NCBI GenBank assembly: GCA_963667795.1
Contig: OY764017.1
Coordinates: 2,356,079 to 2,420,078, forward strand
Direction: 5' to 3'
From: Christensenellaceae bacterium
Lineage (GTDB): Bacteria > Bacillota > Clostridia > Christensenellales > CAG-138
DNA: 64,000 nt
Below are positions 63,238 through 64,000 of this stretch, one piece after another. The position numbers and the translations under genes are program-made. Under the pieces are notes generated by a model that had not been told where the DNA came from, searched no databases, and saw only the letters and a program-made list of their open reading frames with translations. Position 1 is the stretch's first letter, and each line of letters opens with the position of its first letter.

Positions 63238-64000
63238 TTAGGATTTTGCCCGTGTCGCGATTTCTTCCAGCAGTTTTGCACGGAAGTCGTCCAGTGACAT
63301 AACGCCGAGATCGCCATCCTTGCGCGAACGCACGGATACAACGTTTTGCTCCACTTCCTTGTCGCCAAGGATGAGCATATACGGCGTCTTCTGCATCTGT
63401 GCCTCGCGGATTTTGAAGCCGATCTTTTCGTTGCGCAGGTCGGTCTCCACACGGATACCGTACTGTTCCAGCGATTTTGCGACTTCGACGGAAGCGTCCG
63501 CCGCACGGTCGGTGATGGGCAGTACCTTCACCTGCACGGGTGCGATCCACGTCGGCAATGCACCGGCGTACTTTTCGATCAGCAGCGCAAGCGTGCGCTC
63601 GTAGCAGCCGATGGATGTACGATGGATGACCACCGGATACTTCTTCTGTCCGTCGCTGTCGGTGTACATCATGCCGAAACGCTCGGCCAGCTGGAAGTCG
63701 ATCTGGATGGTGATCAGCGTATCTTCCTTGCCGTAGACGTTGCGAATCTGGATGTCCAGCTTCGGTCCGTAGAACGCCGCTTCGCCGTCTACCTCGTCAA
63801 ACGGCACCTCAAGATCGTTGAGAATGTCGCGCATCATATCCTGCGTGCGTTCCCAGCCTTCCTTATCACCGATGTACTTCTCGGTGTCGTTTTCGTCCCA
63901 CTTGCTGAAACGGTAGCTCACATCTTCCGTAAAGCCAAGGGTGTCGATCATGAATTTGGCCAGATCAAGACAGCCCTTGAATTCCTCTTCCACCTGATCG
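63238..64000 (-). CDS. thrS: Threonine--tRNA ligase, 3' portion (the gene continues beyond the window)
   Basis: 'FYGPKLDIQI', 'TIQIDFQLAERF', 'PVVIHRTSIGCYERTLALLIE' and the anticodon-binding domain 'APVQVKVLPI' are present. The ORF is open to base 64000. Confidence 0.9.
   Translation of the reverse strand, partial: DQVEEEFKGCLDLAKFMIDTLGFTEDVSYRFSKWDENDTEKYIGDKEGWERTQDMMRDILNDLEVPFDEVDGEAAFYGPKLDIQIRNVYGKEDTLITIQIDFQLAERFGMMYTDSDGQKKYPVVIHRTSIGCYERTLALLIEKYAGALPTWIAPVQVKVLPITDRAADASVEVAKSLEQYGIRVETDLRNEKIGFKIREAQMQKTPYMLILGDKEVEQNVVSVRSRKDGDLGVMSLDDFRAKLLEEIATRAKS

Noticed and set aside
1-64000. A search by eye for CRISPR arrays, tRNA/rRNA genes, IS elements with terminal inverted repeats, integrases and phage genes
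   Set aside because: None was recognised. Apart from the low-complexity coding tracts listed, the only sizeable repeat is the 749-bp wzx duplication. No transposase or recombinase ORF is present that could account for it.

Overview
This is a roughly 55% GC chromosomal segment that looks like Clostridia (Oscillospirales-like). That assignment is an inference from gene content and protein sequences. No database search was possible, so every call rests on motif and family recognition in the supplied translations and on my own reading of the DNA.

Layout, in order:
1. 1-6.8 kb: the 3' part of an LCP glycopolymer transferase, a HAD/DUF2804 pair, a VanZ-like gene, an Lsa-type ABC-F ribosomal-protection gene with a leader uORF and attenuator, an AraC remnant, and a second HAD hydrolase.
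2. 6.8-19.8 kb, minus strand: guaB and a contiguous de novo purine operon, purE-purC-purF-purM-purN-(PurO-type IMP cyclohydrolase)-purH(AICARFT only)-purD-purL. A co-oriented GntR/HutC regulator lies upstream.
3. 21-26.2 kb: carA, then a carB ORF that runs without a stop codon into a complete dapF.
4. 26.5-39.1 kb: housekeeping genes. These are ansA, a Cache-PAS-GGDEF cyclase, GtrA, YitT, an M29 aminopeptidase, a Zn peptidase, asnS, a phosphodiester glycosidase, deoD and asnA.
5. 39.3-55.7 kb: a cell-surface glycan locus.
   - It is headed by a SARP/BTAD regulator whose C-terminus is a degenerate GGDEF domain that keeps the RxxD site.
   - It contains a phosphoglycosyl-transferase::GT4 fusion, the fnlA/B/C (capE/F/G) UDP-L-FucNAc pathway, several GT4 genes, a catalytically dead CapA-like paralog and a Wzx flippase.
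   - It also holds a decayed GT-wecB-wecC' cassette bracketed by a 749-bp near-identical direct repeat of wzx.
6. 55.9-58.5 kb: ftsA-ftsZ.
7. 58.5-64 kb: SanA, a CapA-family lipoprotein, a radical-SAM protein, a lower-GC isochorismatase/WYL-regulator pair, and the 3' part of thrS.

I recognised no rRNA, tRNA, CRISPR array, IS element or prophage.

The most interesting candidates are:
- the SARP-degenerate-GGDEF regulator, a possible c-di-GMP-responsive activator of the glycan operon;
- the wzx direct-repeat (Campbell-type) mosaic;
- the carB::dapF fusion;
- the dead CapA paralog;
- the ABC-F attenuator.
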